Origin: Flaccisagitta enflata
Lineage: Eukaryota
Direction: 5' to 3'
DNA length: 64,000 nucleotides
NCBI GenBank assembly: GCA_965153355.1
Contig: OZ231126.1
Span: 32,612,001-32,676,000, forward strand
The notes beneath the pieces were generated by a model. That model searched no databases. It worked only from the letters and a program-made list of their open reading frames with translations, and was not told the DNA's origin. Below, piece by piece: positions 1 to 15,160 of this stretch (position 1 is its first letter; each line of letters opens with the position of its first letter). The translations under genes and the position numbers were made by a program.

Positions 1-962
1 AAGTAGAAATATCCTTCGTGAGATCAGATCAGATCTCGCTCTCTTATGCTGGTTCAGTTTTCATGATTTTTCTACAAGTGGTACACTGGTACAATACCCC
101 TCACTATACCCAAAATCAACATGGCCAGATACATGGCACCCCATTTGCAGACGGCTGGGCAAGGTCAGGATAGCAAAACATCACATTTCGAAAAGGTTAC
201 TGGCGGACCAACCGACAGACCGACCGACAGACCGACCAGGACTGGTCCAGACCCAACCCGGACCTGACCAGACCTGTTCTAGATTTTAGTATCCGATACT
301 AAAGATATGTAAGAGGGCCTTGTGAGCCCTCGGTACGCGCATCTGTTCTGATAAGCCAGAGAGACCTGATTTGAGGACTCAGAGGGCCCCTAAGGTGACG
401 ATCGGTGGGAGGCGGGGTTATGGAAACAAGGCCCTTGGCCCACGGGTAATAAAAGAAAACCAAGTAGCAAGTAGTCCACCATGGGCGCGCGTGCATCGTT
501 CGGCTCATGTACATAATGATTAATGAAATTCAGCGGAAATCCGATTTAACGGCCTTAAAGCGACTGGGGAATTTCCGTTGTTAAATCAGAATGTTGTTTA
601 ATCAAATCTCCTATTTTGAATATTTTGCTTGAAAAATTATTTTAAGGAAAATCAAACAATGGTGGTGAATGAATTGCACTGTGTAGACATTTGTGCAATT
701 GGCAAACAAAGCAACAGATTAACAGATATAGCCTCTGATAGGCTTGTTTTGATATATTCTCCTATCCACGCTGGGAAACTGATCCCCCCCCCCCCCTGTG
801 AAAGTGCAGGCTTCTTTAGCATTAACCAGTAATGGCGACTATCGCCAACCAGAAAAAATCGTAAGAGTTGTTTTTGTTCTTCTCAGTTTCTTCTCACTCC
901 TCATTTCATTTTTCTTCTCTCGCTTTCATTTCTTTTCTTTTCTCTCTTTCATTATCTTTTCA

Positions 963-2902
<1,940 letters not shown>

Positions 2903-3188
2903 CGTCAGAAGTCAATGTGCGCAACATATTGCCAACATTTTTCCTGCTACATACGGCCCAAAATCATTGATGAAAAATATTGATCTTTGGAAAAAATGTG
3001 GAAAAAGTGAAAAAAGGATTCAAAAATCCATAATGCCTAAAATATTGGTTCGACAGCGCTCTGCCTCTTTCCAGAAGGTGTAAAAAAGTTCCCTCTTTCA
3101 CCCTGTACCAAATTGAACCATAGCCTTGAGCGAGCCTAGTCGTGCCTCAACTTTCTCAAATTGGCTCATGCAAAAAAAGGAAACATTA

Positions 3189-3417
3189 CTATCTAGCTCA
3201 TAAATATACGGACACCTGAAAATGAGCATCAAGTTTAGAAAGATGCTGCGCCTAAGCATATTAAGCTACTGACTCCAGATTGGTTGTATTTGAAAGTTTT
3301 TAAATAACTTTTCAAAATGGGCCCAATCTAGTGTTAAGAACTCAATTTGATTATGCGTAACACCTTTCCAAAGTTGATGCTTCTATTCAAGTGTCTGTAT
3401 ATTTATGAGCTAGATGG
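3189..3417. mobile_element. Small MITE related to 15450-16058
   Basis: Inverted arms CTATCTAGCTCATAAATATACGGACAC / GTGTCTGTATATTTATGAGCTAGATGG. Confidence 0.65.
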
Positions 3418-3672
3418 TGATTCCTAACTTGGGACTCAAAAAATAAAAATGAAATGTTTCTTCTATTTTTTTCTTAATAAAATTTTTCAAACACCATCAG
3501 AAAAATTTCTCAATGGTAACTTAACAAGCCCGACCGGGCAACGATGCGTCCAGGCCGTGTCTCTGTATATATTGATCATGTGACATAAATGGAGAGACAG
3601 ATGGACGAACAGACAGGTGAAACGACTTAGTAGTAAAGGAGGCAAGACATATAAATCATTTGTTTCAGTATA

Positions 3673-4473
3673 GGTCATTTCCACAATAAACCGGCCCAGC
3701 TGAAATTCATGATGTAACAGGCAAAAATATTGTTTTTATCAAGCTAATCCTTTTTTTTATGATAGAAGCTGTTGTAACACATTACTTGGGATTCAGTGCC
3801 TAGCTGATATCCTTCATACTTAAAATTTTGATAGGCTATCTAGCAAAGAATAGGCCAAAATCACCCCCTTTTTTATGTCACGCTGATGTCACATTTAAAA
3901 CCACATTGAAAAAGATATGAAAAAATCGTTAAGCCTACCCAACTATGGGTCATTTTTATTTAATTGCAATCCCTAAAGAAGAACTAATGATTTATGGCGA
4001 CCAATTGTTGTTAACTATGGAAAAATTTCACTTTTAGTTGATGTATCTAAAATGATGATTTATTTGATTTTGATATATAGTAGTATACTATACTGTAAAT
4101 GACAATATCTTAAATATTATGGAAATTTTCTTTTTTCCCCCTTTAGTATAGACATAACCCATGTTACATGCAAAATTTCAGACCTTAATGTCAATTCTAG
4201 CCAGAGATATTGATTTTTGAAGAGAGTGACGGAAAATGTTAATACCCTGTTACTCTAATGTTACTCTGATTACGATGAAAACTAACATAGTTGAACACAT
4301 TTTAAGTATTGGAATATTTTTTCTTGTATGATCTGAAAGAGTATCAAATTCTGAGCATAGGGCTCAAATTTTAAGCTCATAGGTGCAACCATTATGAAAT
4401 TTTGACATTTTTATCAATGTTAACGAATTCAGTCGCCTTATTTCCGCCAGTCTAGTTTATTGTGGAAACTGCC
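3673..4473. mobile_element. Old MITE inside a reverse family A element
   Basis: Imperfect TIR GGTCATTTCCACAATAAAC / GTTTATTGTGGAAACTGCC with TATA on both flanks. Confidence 0.55.
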
Positions 4474-4926
4474 TATAGGATCTCACCGTGGCCAAAAACA
4501 GCCGAGAAAAGTGGTGTTTGTACTTGCGTGACAGACATACCAACGGATGGACAAACGGACTGATGGACCGATGGACCAGCGGACCGGCGGACAGACCGAC
4601 GGACAGACCCTCTTAAAGAGATACGTTCCTGACGGACGCATTTAAAAAGTATGAATCTAGTTTTCATGTAATTGACCGCTTTGTTACTGTCAGAATGTGT
4701 TGATAATAAACAATTATCAATCTAGTTAATAGTTATCAGTTTGTAATGTGTATGTATCAGTATGTTTCTGTCATATCTTGACAAATAAAAGGATCAATCA
4801 CATTCATGAATAGATATTACATACAAAATGCATAAACTATTTAGCTAGGTAATGAATAATCCAACAGTTGCTAAATCCGATAAAGTTGCTAAATGTGATA
4901 AAGTAGTAGTCCACTGTATGATTTTT

Positions 4927-5250
4927 TCACGCTAGAAAACGTAGAATGACACAAGTTTGTAAACAAGCATCTCCTCGGTGATCACTTGTTCGAACCCCGA
5001 GTAGGCGCTTTAATCTCCGTTCTGGTGGAACTAACAAATATTTCTGATTTTTTCGCCACGCTCTAACTTTTCTGAATATTTTTGTTTCTTTAAAGGCGCT
5101 ACAGTTCCAAACAAAGAGGTAATGCGTGTTTCCCATGAATAAGGGTGAATAATAAGCTCAACGCTAGAGATGTTTTCGTCGATTATAAAAGAGCTGCTTT
5201 TTCTCAGCGCCTGGTCTCAATTTCTGTTGTAAGAAAACCAAGAATTCACG
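4927..5250 (-). pseudogene. Possible decayed LINE ORF2 C-terminal fragment
   Basis: EIETRR...THYLFVWNCSAFKE..LLG loosely resembles the IETGR...HFLxxCxxY pattern of L2/Crack-like LINE ends. Heavily degenerate. Confidence 0.25.
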
Positions 5251-5507
5251 AAAAATGTAAATCTTCTTCTATTCATCTTCTTGTTCTTGTTATTCTTGTT
5301 CTTGTTCTTGTTCTTCTTCTTCTTCTTCTTCTTCTTCTTCTTCTTCTTCTTCTTCTTCTTCTTCTTCTTCTCCTTCTTCTTCTTCTTCTTCTTCCTTCTC
5401 ATATTTTTTTCTTCTTCTTCTTCTTCTTTTTCTTCTTCTTCTTCTACTTCTTCTTCTTCTTCTTCTTCTCCTTCTTCTTCTTCTTCTTCTTCTTCTTCTA
5501 CTTCTTC

Positions 5508-6647
5508 TTTTTGGGCAGCGGCCCCAAAGGGCCGATGTCCTGTATAGCTGTAGGACACAGGGGTGAATTTCTATACGTCCGTCCTTCTGTCCTTCCGTCC
5601 GTCCTTCCATCTCCCCCCCAAGCTTTCCAAGCCTCAAATTCCCATCGGATAACATGGGAAATTGTCAAAATGCAAACTTCCCATGGAATAACATGGAAAG
5701 TTTTCAAAAATGCAAGAACATGCATGTATCCCACATGTGTCTGACAGCCAATCCAGGGTTAGAATGACAGTACACCGGATTTTTCTGTAGTTTTGCTATG
5801 CTCATCTGTGTACAATACAAGAACAATTGAGTTGGAAATCTTCCCTGGAGGGGTTTTTGAAAAAAAATCGATTTTTGGCCCACAGGAAAGGTGGTGGTAA
5901 TGCAGATTCTTGTGAGTTGTATTAACTCATTTCTTGATTCCATATTGTTATTCTATGCAAAATTTCCTTTTATTTGATAGGTCACACTATACGGTTTAAT
6001 ACAGAAATAAAGTTTTCATTTTTTGAGCCACCGTTTTTTTTTGCAACGGTGACCCAAAAAATGAAAATTTAAGTTTTTTGCAAAAGTATAGAGTGCGACC
6101 TATCAAATGAAATAAAATTTTGCATAGAATAACAATATGGAATCAAGAAATGAGTTAATACAACTCACAAGAATCTGCATTACCACCACCTTTCCTGTGG
6201 GCGAAAAATCGATTTTTTTTCAAAAAACCCTCCAGGGAAGATTTCCAACTAGATTGTTCTTGTATTGTACACAGATGAGCATAGCAAAACTACAGAAAAA
6301 CCCAGTGTACTGTCATTCTCACCCTGGATTGGCTGTCAGACACATGTGTCCCATTGAATAACATGGAAAATTGATGAAAACTAAGAAAAATGTAAAATTC
6401 CAATTGAATAACATGGCAAATTGACAAGAAATTTTTAAAAAATGCAAAATTCCCAATGAATATTATGGAAAATTGCTACTAAGGCCTCAAATATGCCCTC
6501 TCAGGACGTATGGAAATTCACCCCTGTGTCCTACAGGATATCAGCTCTTTGGGGCCGCTGCCCTGCTCTCACTCCACTTCTTCAGCCAATCACTCCAAGC
6601 AGGGCATCGGGTACCGCTGACCATGTGCGATCCTTGGATGACTTGTT
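5508..6647 (+). mobile_element. Helentron-like family B copy inserted in a (CTT)n tract
   Basis: TTTTTGGGCAGCGGCCCCAAAGGG start, (GTCC)n, internal repeats, inverted GGGCCGCTGCCC, end ...GGATGACTTGTT. Confidence 0.7.
5732..6348. mobile_element. CMC-type foldback MITE (617 bp, near-perfect palindrome)
   Basis: CACATGTGTCTGACAGCC / GGCTGTCAGACACATGTG ends, about 300-bp arms, 3-bp TSD TCC (5729-5731, 6349-6351). Confidence 0.88.
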
Positions 6648-7090
6648 CTTCTACTTCTTCTTCTCTTATTATATTTAGCCCACGTAAACGTAGTTTTGAC
6701 TCTGGGATAGCTTTGTCTTGTAGAAATCTCTGATTGTCTGACGATGTTAGACGCAAAGGAAATTTAGGCGTAGATTGAAAAAAGGGCGTGACGATGGTCT
6801 CTTTGATGTGGTAAAAATTTCAACAATCTGAGAGGGGAAGAAATGAAAGGGAAATTGGGCATTAAAGGATGGTCAACCAATGCATGAAAACAACATGAGA
6901 TCAGGATAGACATGGACAGAAACAGCCAATAACAACATGTACATTTTATACAGAGGCCATGAAGCTAGATCCGTACACTGCCCCCGCCCTGCCCATCCCA
7001 CTAAATTCACCCATGTCACCCCAATAATCAGTTGACCGGACAGACGATAAAAACAGACGATAAAATGATAAAAAACAGACAATAAACAAT

Positions 7091-7722
7091 AACAGGTCGC
7101 CCAAGGGCAATATGTGGTCAGCGATACCCGTTGCCCTGCTTTGAGTGATTGTGAATTGGAGTGAGGGGAAGCAGGGCAGCGGCCCCGAAGGGGACGAAGT
7201 CCTGTAGAACACAGGGGGACTTTCGTTCGTCCTACCTGAAGAAGTGGATGAGATGCTATAGAGGGCTGACTGAAGGCATTCAAGAGCCTAAACTGAGGTC
7301 TAAGAAGACTGATACAAGCCCTGAGAATGCCGATTGGAAGCTTAAGAGGGCTGACTTGAGGCTTGCGAGAGCTGGATTAAGGCTTGAAAGGCCAGAGGAC
7401 TGATTTGAAGCCTGGAAGCAATAAATTGAGGTTTAGATGGCTGATTTGAGGCCTGAGAGGCCTAATTTGAGGCATGAGAGGCCAGGTTTGAGGCCTGAGA
7501 TTTGGATTTGAGGCCTGAGAAGCCAGATTTGAGGCCTGAGAGGCCAGATTTGAGGCCTGAGAGGCCAGATTTGAGGCCTGTTCAGGCTGGATTTGAGACC
7601 TGAGAGGCTGGATTTGAGGCTTGAGAGGCCTGATGTGAGGCCTGAGGGGTCTGACAAAGGGGGGGGACTAACGGACGAACGGACGGATGGACGGACGAAA
7701 GAAAGTCCCCCTGTGTTCTAGA
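7091..7722 (-). mobile_element. Helentron-like family B copy (partial), same subfamily as 42417-43253
   Basis: Shares unique internal sequence and the 21-bp GAGAGGCCAGATTTGAGGCCT array. Confidence 0.7.
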
Positions 7723-8509
7723 ATTGAAGATTTTTCAGCTTCATTCTAACTAGTCTGTAAACAGTTTCAGAAACGGTCTCCGGTATCTAATATGAGTCAG
7801 ATGTCCGTTCATTTGTCTCTGAAAATAGAAGAATGAGAGACTTATGAAAGACATGAAATTGCAAGGGCGCACATCATGAAAATCAAGCAAAATATCAAAC
7901 GTTCCATTAAGAAGTGATGCCATATCAATGTATACGCAATTAAAAATCAAAGCATAGAACATACGACGATGAAAATGTAGAGAGAAAAATACGTGAGAAT
8001 ACGTAATTCCAATTTTAATAAAAGAGCAAGGCGAGATGGTTCAGAACCAGCGCGCCATATGGAGAGAAATGAAAAATGGCTAAAAACAAATGGCATCGAA
8101 TTGGAAAGAAAGAGGAAAGAGACAATCACTCCAAAGATCATCAGCACTCGCATACTTAAATAAAACACACATTTCCACACTCTGCCCCATTTTTGCAATT
8201 TCATGAATTTCAAAAATCCGACATTTAGTTTCTGGTCGTAGGAAACTCTACATAAAAACCCATACTATCACGCTGAAAAAAATTTTATGATAATTAAACT
8301 ACAGCCCTCGCCCCTCTCCTGCGCCTCCGCCTCTTACATCCCCACCCCCCTACAGAAGGAGATCGACGAGCGACATGGCGACGAATGTTTCCCCCCCCCC
8401 CCCGTCCGGAAGGGGGGGACGAAACCAAGCGAAGTGATCAATCCAACGATGACGGGCGGAGACGAGTACGGAGACGAGGAAGATGAGGCGCCTGTTCTGT
8501 TAAAAAGTT

Positions 8510-9223
8510 AATAGTCGCAAAAGCGTTAGATGGTCAGCGGTACCCGTTGCCCCTATGAGAGTGTGTGGGTGTGTGGTGGTTAGAGGGGCAGCGGCCCCAA
8601 AGGGGCCGATGACCTATGCTGTTTTTATTTGAGCCTCAAGGCTGGGATTAGGGTCTGGAGGCTGTAATTGGGGCCTTGAGACTGGGATTTGAGCCTTGAG
8701 GCTGGGATTTGAGCTTTGAGGCTGGGATTTGAGGCTTGACACTAGGATTTGGGCCTTAAGACTAGGATTTGAGACTCAAGGCTGGAATTTGAGCCTCAAG
8801 GCTGGGAATTGAGCCAAGAGGCTGGGATTTGAGCCTCAAGGCTGGGATTTGAGCCAAGAGGCTGGGATTTGGGCCTCAAGGCTGGGATTTGGGCCTCGAG
8901 GCTGGGATTTGAGCCTCAAGACTGGGGTTGGAGCCCCAGGCTGGGATTTGAGCCTCAAGACTGGGATTTGAGTCCAAGGCTGGGATTTGATCCTCAAGAC
9001 TGGGATTTGAGCCTCGAGACTGGGATTTGAGCCTCGAGACTGGGATTTGAGCCTCGAGACTGGGATTTGAGCCTCGAGGCTAGGATTTGAGCCTTGAAGC
9101 TAGGATTTGGGTCCCAAGGCCGGGGGGGGGGGACGCAGAAGGAGAAGAAGGTGAAGGAGAAGGAGAAATTTCCCCTGTGTGAAAGCATAGGTCATCGGCC
9201 CCTTCGGGGCTGCTGCCCAAAAA
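8510..9223 (-). mobile_element. Helentron-like family B copy with 21-bp array
   Basis: AATAGTCGCAAAAGCGTTAGATGG end, subterminal inverted repeats, GCTGGGATTTGAGCCTCAAG array. Confidence 0.7.
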
Positions 9224-9274
9224 GGGGAGGGGGGGGGGAAGGGGGAACGGGCCTAGGAGCACCTCTAGACTGGG

Positions 9275-9642
9275 ATTTAACATCGAGGTGGAAAAAGATA
9301 AGTGGAGGGCAAACTAAAATGTACAAATATACGAACCTATTTGTAAACAACATGCTGAAAAGACAATGTCAAATACAAGAAAAACATACATGTTCCTAAG
9401 AACACAAAACAAGAATAAAATAATAAATTACTATCCAAACTACATTAAAACCGAATCTGAAAGAAAAAGATTAGGTAAGATTCATGGGAACGACCACGTC
9501 ACCTGCACCATTTCCCAAAGGAAATATGCGGACCATATCGGAAGCTCTAACAGCTCGTCAATTCGTGGGCAAAAGACGAAGATGAAACGATCAAAATGGA
9601 CACCGCGATGATGGGCAGATGGCGTCATCGTCTGTAGGAATA
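9275..9642 (-). mobile_element. Candidate 3' LTR (partial) of the BEL/Pao element
   Basis: Non-coding unique sequence starting right after the PPT-like tract. It begins TA rather than TG, no second LTR is present for comparison, and the distal end is obscured by a repeat insertion. Confidence 0.35.
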
Positions 9643-9652
9643 TTCCCCCCTC
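9643..9652 (-). other. Candidate polypurine tract of the BEL/Pao element
   Basis: Minus strand GAGGGGGGAA about 320 bp after the ORF stop, directly followed by TATTCC (TGTTCC would be a canonical LTR start). Confidence 0.5.
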
Positions 9653-9971
9653 GCAGGGAGAAGGAAAAAAGAGAAAAGGGGGGCAGATGGATTAGTACAG
9701 TTCTTATCATATGCAGATTCAATCATAATAACAAGAAATAAACACACCATCTCTTCCATGAAACTTACGCGGGCGTTTTTCGCCAGGCCCTGGGGTGGAT
9801 AAGAATCCCATGCCCCGGGTCGCGCCCCCGACAATGCCGGCCTGTCCATTGAGGGATGAGCATTGCGGTGAAATTGACGACTCAGCGAGATGGTGGCGCT
9901 CTCCATGTCGCGTTACGTTGATGATAATTAATAGGAAGGGTAACTGTGGACGTGGCACCATGTTGACAGCT

Positions 9972-10909
9972 TTATTGCGGCGGCTGCTGTTGGTTATGCT
10001 GCTGCTGCTGCTGGCGGCCTGGATTCCAAGGACGCCTTTTAGGTTTTGGCGGCGCCTTGGGAGTGTCTTTTGCGCTTTGAGCAGTCGATGAGACGGAAGG
10101 CCGATTTTCGTTTTCTGCTGAAGCTGTCGATGTCGACAAAGCTGTGGGGGTCACTGGAGCCAGAAGGGCACGAGGATCTTGCTGTATGCAGAGGACGTGC
10201 TTGAAGGCTGCTGCCGTCGACGCCTTCTGCGCAAATCCCGTCGCCTCCTTAGCCTTTGCGTCCGCCACTTGCTTCGCCTTCTCCAACTTCTTCTCCAGAT
10301 CTGCGACTCGCATATCGCTCTTGACCTTTGCATCTGACGCAATCATCGCTTTGCATCTCGTCTCCATGACTTCCGTCTGAATCCGCGACGCTTCCGCCAT
10401 GTCCCAAACAGCACAGGCACATTCAACTCGCTGAGCGTTGCTGAATGATTTGTAAAAGGTGGCTGGGAGGTAACTTGCAAGTCTTGACAACTGACGTTTG
10501 GAGGTGCTCTTTCCAGTTGCCGAACACAGGCGGAGCAGATGCTCGTCGATGCAAAGTCCAGTCTCGGGGTCAAGAACCGTCGACAAAGAGTTTGGCCATT
10601 CCAACTTCTGTTGCTGATAAACTGGTGGTCCTTTCGACTGTTGTTGAGACGTCGCAGAACCCCTGGCGACCGCCGGAGGCTGGATATCACCAATTGGATT
10701 TTTCCCTTGCGCTGCTGCTGCTTCTGGCCGCTGTTTAAGCTCCTTTGTCTTCTTTGACGCGGGCGCCGTTGAAGACGCAGTTGCTCCCCCGCTACCTGAA
10801 GCTGATGCCGCTGCGCTGGGGACCTCCTGCTGCTGAGGAGGCTGTTGTTGCTTCTTTTTATTATTGTTTTTGCCTTTGCCTTTGCTTTTGGAATTGGCCG
10901 TGGCTTGAA

Positions 10910-10940
<31 letters not shown>

Positions 10941-11430
10941 TTGTTGCCATTGGTGCTGCTGATGTTGTTGCTGCTGCTTTGGCTGCTGGAGTTGCTGCTG
11001 CTGCTGCTGATGTTGTTTTTGCCGTTGCTGCTGCTGATGTTGTTGCTGCTGCTTTGGCTGTTGTTGTTGCTGCTGCTGCTGGTGTTGCTGCTGCTGCTGT
11101 TGATGTTGCAACGGGTCGAGTCCCGTTTGCTTTTTCTCTTGTCGACACCTTTTTGGGTTGGGAGCTACATCTTGAGGATCCGGCGGCTGCTGATTTGGGG
11201 GATGAACCAAAGCCGGACGCGTTTGACGAGCTGCTGCTGCGTTGGTGGAAGTTGCCGCCGGTGGGTTTGCGGTTGCAGCAGACGATGGAGTTGTCGTCAA
11301 ATTCTTCTTCGACGCTTGGACCACATGTCGAGCCTCCTTGTAATTCTCCCTTTTCGTTTTTTGTCTTCCTTGTCTGCGTTCTAGGGTATCAAACCCTAAC
11401 CCACACTGAGTAGCCGACGAACGCATTTCC
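9972..11430 (-). CDS. 3' part of the split 726-aa accessory ORF (Q/A-rich linker, Cys-containing core, predicted coiled coil)
   Basis: 484-codon open frame. Removing 11435-18236 plus one TSD gives TGC TGC AAC AAG GAG AAG GAA ATG CGT (CCNKEKEMR), in frame with the upstream part. Confidence 0.75.
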
Positions 11431-12438
11431 TTCTCACACTGTTCCCATACAGCGACTTAATCAGACTTGAGTGTCTGGGTTGGTGATTGATAGGGAAGTG
11501 TTCTCCAATATCATGGGAACATCAGCCACTATCTGGTAAGTTTTTTGGAAAGCAAAATTTTCGTAAAACACCCCTTGCTGCCTGGAAGGAAAACCGGTCA
11601 GGTGGTGGCTTTTTTATTTTCATAGTTTACCTTGTTTCGTTCATAACTTTGGAACGGATTGATCAAAATACCTGGGATTGGACTCGTTTGCAAGATATTT
11701 TGAAGTAAATTACGAAAAATATATCAAAAATGGGTTGTCACCTTGCAAAAGCTCGCTTGAGGCTGTCGAATGAGACCTAAATGGTAAGAATTGTCAAAAA
11801 TGACAAACCATGATTTTTTATGTCAAACGCATGAGTCGTACCTCGCTGCTCTATAAATGATCCGGGATGACTTATCATAAACTAAGTTGAGGATTTAGGA
11901 CCCAAAGGGCCCACCAACAGAGCTCTCAGGGCCCGAAATTAAAACAAAAATGCTTAAATCAATCTAAATATTCAATATTGACATTCGTGTTTATTCCTTA
12001 AGTGCGCCAACGCACCTCTATCTGAAGCTTTGTCTCTTGGTTGGTTAATGATTGACTGGTTGATTGGTCAGTTGGTTGGTCGGTTGGTTGGTTGGTTGGT
12101 CAGTTGGTTGTCAATGGCTGGTGAACTGGAACCTCGGAGGCATTATTCCCATGAATGATTCAACAAGCCCATCCCGGCAACTCGATGCGTCATCTTTGTG
12201 AATTTTGAAAAAGGCGTGACAAACATACGGGCTGATGGATCAACTGACAGATGGACAAACCCTCCTATAGGGATAAGATGATGCATCTAAAAACCAATGG
12301 TATCTTAAGAATCATGTTGCTTATATTCTAGGCGGTGATTCAATCCTGGGGAGAGAAGTTATCAAATGAGACGCGATAAAGCATTTGCCATCACTTTTAG
12401 CTATTTTTTTTTTAGTCGCGTGTTACGCGACTCTACAC

Positions 12439-12790
12439 TACGCATGTCAGGGTGCCAAAAACGGGCGCAATTGGCTTTCCCCCCGCCATCATCTTTTTCC
12501 TTTGCAGAAGTCCTGTCAAACAAGCCATCGCGCAACCTTTATTTCGATCAGGAACCATCGTTAGGGTTTGGTTGAAGTTTCTATTGGATTAGCATTAGAA
12601 TTGATACTTTTATTATGCAAATTTTGCCTCATCCATAGATTACTATGGACACTTCATGGTCTACCTAACGATGGTTCCCGATTGATTTGAAAGTCGCGCA
12701 ATGGCTCATTTGATAGCATTTAAACAAAGAAAACAGATGAGGGTGGGGGGAAAGCCAGTTTTTGCCGATTGCGGCACTCTGACATGCGTA
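12439..12790. mobile_element. hAT-type MITE
   Basis: TIRs TACGCATGTCAG / CTGACATGCGTA, loosely palindromic body, 8-bp TSD CTCTACAC (12431-12438, 12791-12798). Confidence 0.85.
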
Positions 12791-12804
12791 CTCTACACCC
12801 CGCT

Positions 12805-15108
12805 GTATCTGGGCTCCTAACGCTAGTGAATCCTCTTTCCTCGCGCTTCAGCACATCCAGAACCAGGCCCTGCGCATCGCCACTGGCTGCCACTCCATCA
12901 CCTCCATTGATCACCTCCACAACGAAGCCGAAGTTATGCCTGTTGCACCTCACATCGAAATGCTTAACCAACAATTCCTAGTCAACGCCTTGAAGCCCTC
13001 TCATCCTTCGCACGCCATTGTCACGGCGCCTTACGGTCCACGCAAGATGAAGGCTACCCTTCATTCAAAATATGCTTCCTCCATCAATCAACATCTGTCC
13101 AACGGCTCTACTGACCCTGCCCAGTATTCTTCCACCCTCAAAAACATCCATACTTCTGCGGTCGCCACTTCCATCAACCGTCGCGTCTCGGCGTTAATTC
13201 TCTCCTCAGCACACGCCCACTGCCTGTATCTCCATCTGAGCGGAGGCTGTCGAGGCCACAGCGCACGACTCTGTCGCAACTGAGGTCCGGTCACTGCCGG
13301 CTTATGCAAGATTATCGCGTCCGTCAGACATTCTGTTATGCCCCCATATTTATAGGGGAAGGCCGGTTCGCGATTAAATTGGTACTTTATTGTATAAAAA
13401 AACAATTTCAGGTCTTGTTAAGGATTTTCTATCTCCCCTGGAATAGCGGTTTTGGTTTTACTATCATGGGTAATAGGTAGTTGTTGGGAAAATGTCCAAA
13501 TTTGGTCACTTTGGCCTCAAATTTAGGCCACTTCACCTTTGAAATCGAACCTAAAATCCATGAGATTATTAAACTAGAGCTCAAGAGCTAACCAGTGGTG
13601 CAATCCGCATGTTTTTATCTTTATTTTTTTAGATTTTCGAGAGTTTTAAAGATGGGGCTTGAGAGGACTTTTTTGCAGCATGAAATCTGGGGGTAATTTG
13701 GACATTTTTCACATTTTTCACTATACCGCAGCTTTGGATAGACCAATCTTTAAAAAATTGGTGACCAAATTGAAGAGTTTTTGATGCTTTAACTGATTCT
13801 GGAAAAATTTTGGATCGATATGGCCTCCAAAGAATTTTATTCACTCTCAAAGCAGGTGAAAAAAATCAAATTTTGATGTCATTTAGGTTATTTTTCATTG
13901 AAAAATTATGCCACTTCCAAACTGAAAATTGACTTTTAATTCATGAGCAAATTAAACAACAGCTCAAGAGCTAATTAGTGGTGCAATCAGAATATTTCTA
14001 TGTTTACTTGTTCAGATTTTAGAGTCTTTCAAAGATGAAGGGGTATGAGGATCATTTTTGTCATTATACCCTTTAAACTTTGAAGTTTTGTCAAATCTAG
14101 ACGCAGAATTGTTTTGACATGCCGATTGCACCACTGATTAGCTCTTGAGCTGTAGTTTGATTTGCTCATGAATTTTAAGTCAATTTTCAGTTTGGAAGTG
14201 GCATAATTTTTCAATGAAAAATAACCTAAATGACACAAAAATTTTGTTTTTTTCACCTGCTTTGAGAGTAAATAAAATTTTTCTGAGGCCATATCGATCC
14301 AAAATTTTTCCAGAATCAGTTAGAGCATCAAAAACTCTTCAATTTGGTCACCAATTTTTTAAAGATTGGTCTATCCAAAGCTGCGGTATAGTGAAAAATG
14401 TGAAAAATGTCCAAATTACCCCCAGATTTCATGCTGCAAAAAAGTCCTCTCAATCTTTAAAACTCTCTCAAATCTAAACAAAGAAAGATAAAAACATCCG
14501 GATTGCACCACTGGTTAGCTCTTGAGCTCTAGTTTGATAATCTCATGGATTTTAGGTTCGATTTCAAAGGCAAAGTGGCCTCAATTTGAAGCCAAAGTGA
14601 CTAAATTTGGTCATTTTCCCAACAACTTCCTATTACCCATGATAGTAAAACCAAAACCGTTACTCCAGGGAAGGTAGAAAATCCTTAACAAGACCTGAAA
14701 TTGCTTTTTAATACAATAAAGTACCAATTTAATCGCGAACCGGCCTTCCCCTATGAATATGGGGGCATAACAGAACGTCTGGCGTCCGTGTTGGGCAGTC
14801 CACTACTGACGTTTGCCCGGTCTGCAACTCTCAGCCCCACACGGTGTCTCACCTCTTTGATTGTGCTGCCGCTCCGACTACATTAACTGTAAAAGATCTT
14901 TGGCTTAACCCTGTTGCTGTCTGCGACTTCCTATCTTCGCTGCCGCCTTTCGCCTCTCTCCAATCTCCGGTGACGCCACCTTCTCCTTCTCCTCCTCCGT
15001 CCCCTCCACCTCTTCCTCCTCTTCCCCCTTGTCCCCCGCCTGAGCCGCCACCATGATCTATTCGTTTAAGCTTTCTACGCAACTTCGTTGCCCGGGGCCA
15101 CAACAACA
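12805..15108 (+). mobile_element. 5'-truncated I-group (Ingi/Vingi-like) LINE 3' end, interrupted by a hAT foldback element
   Basis: Encodes IWAPNAS..LQHIQNQALRIATGCHSITSIDHLHNEAEVMPV..., then LSQLRSGHCRLMQDYRVR|VGQSTTDVCPVCNSQPHTVSHLFDC..DLWLNP (post-RT region plus CCHC finger). Frameshift near 13185, (AAC)n tail, TSD ACACCCCGCT (12795-12804, 15109-15118). Confidence 0.85.
13325..14781. mobile_element. hAT-type foldback element, almost fully palindromic (1457 bp)
   Basis: CAGACATTCTGTTATGCCCCC / GGGGGCATAACAGAACGTCTG ends, about 700-bp inverted arms, 8-bp TSD GCGTCCGT (13317-13324, 14782-14789). Confidence 0.92.
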
Positions 15109-15160
15109 ACACCCCGCTATGTCCGCCCGTTGGTTGGTCGGTTGGTTGGTCATTCCCCTT

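Larger units (their letters stand above)
12406..15155 (+). mobile_element. Helentron/HINE-like family A copy hosting the MITE and the LINE
   Basis: TTTTTAGTCGCGTGTTACGCGACTCTACAC... resumes as CCCGCTATGTCCGCCCGTTGGTTGGTCGG after the two insertions. Confidence 0.65.

Noticed and set aside
1-512. Solo LTR starting TGT at 512 on the minus strand
   Set aside because: No second end, TSD, PBS or PPT is visible within the window.
5704-6361. Apparent duplicated genes in opposite orientation (also 13088-14886)
   Set aside because: They are mirror translations of the inverted arms of foldback elements.
10745-11413. Plus-strand Leu/Ala-rich ORFs that look like membrane proteins
   Set aside because: They are antisense shadows of the CAG/CAA-rich minus-strand ORF.
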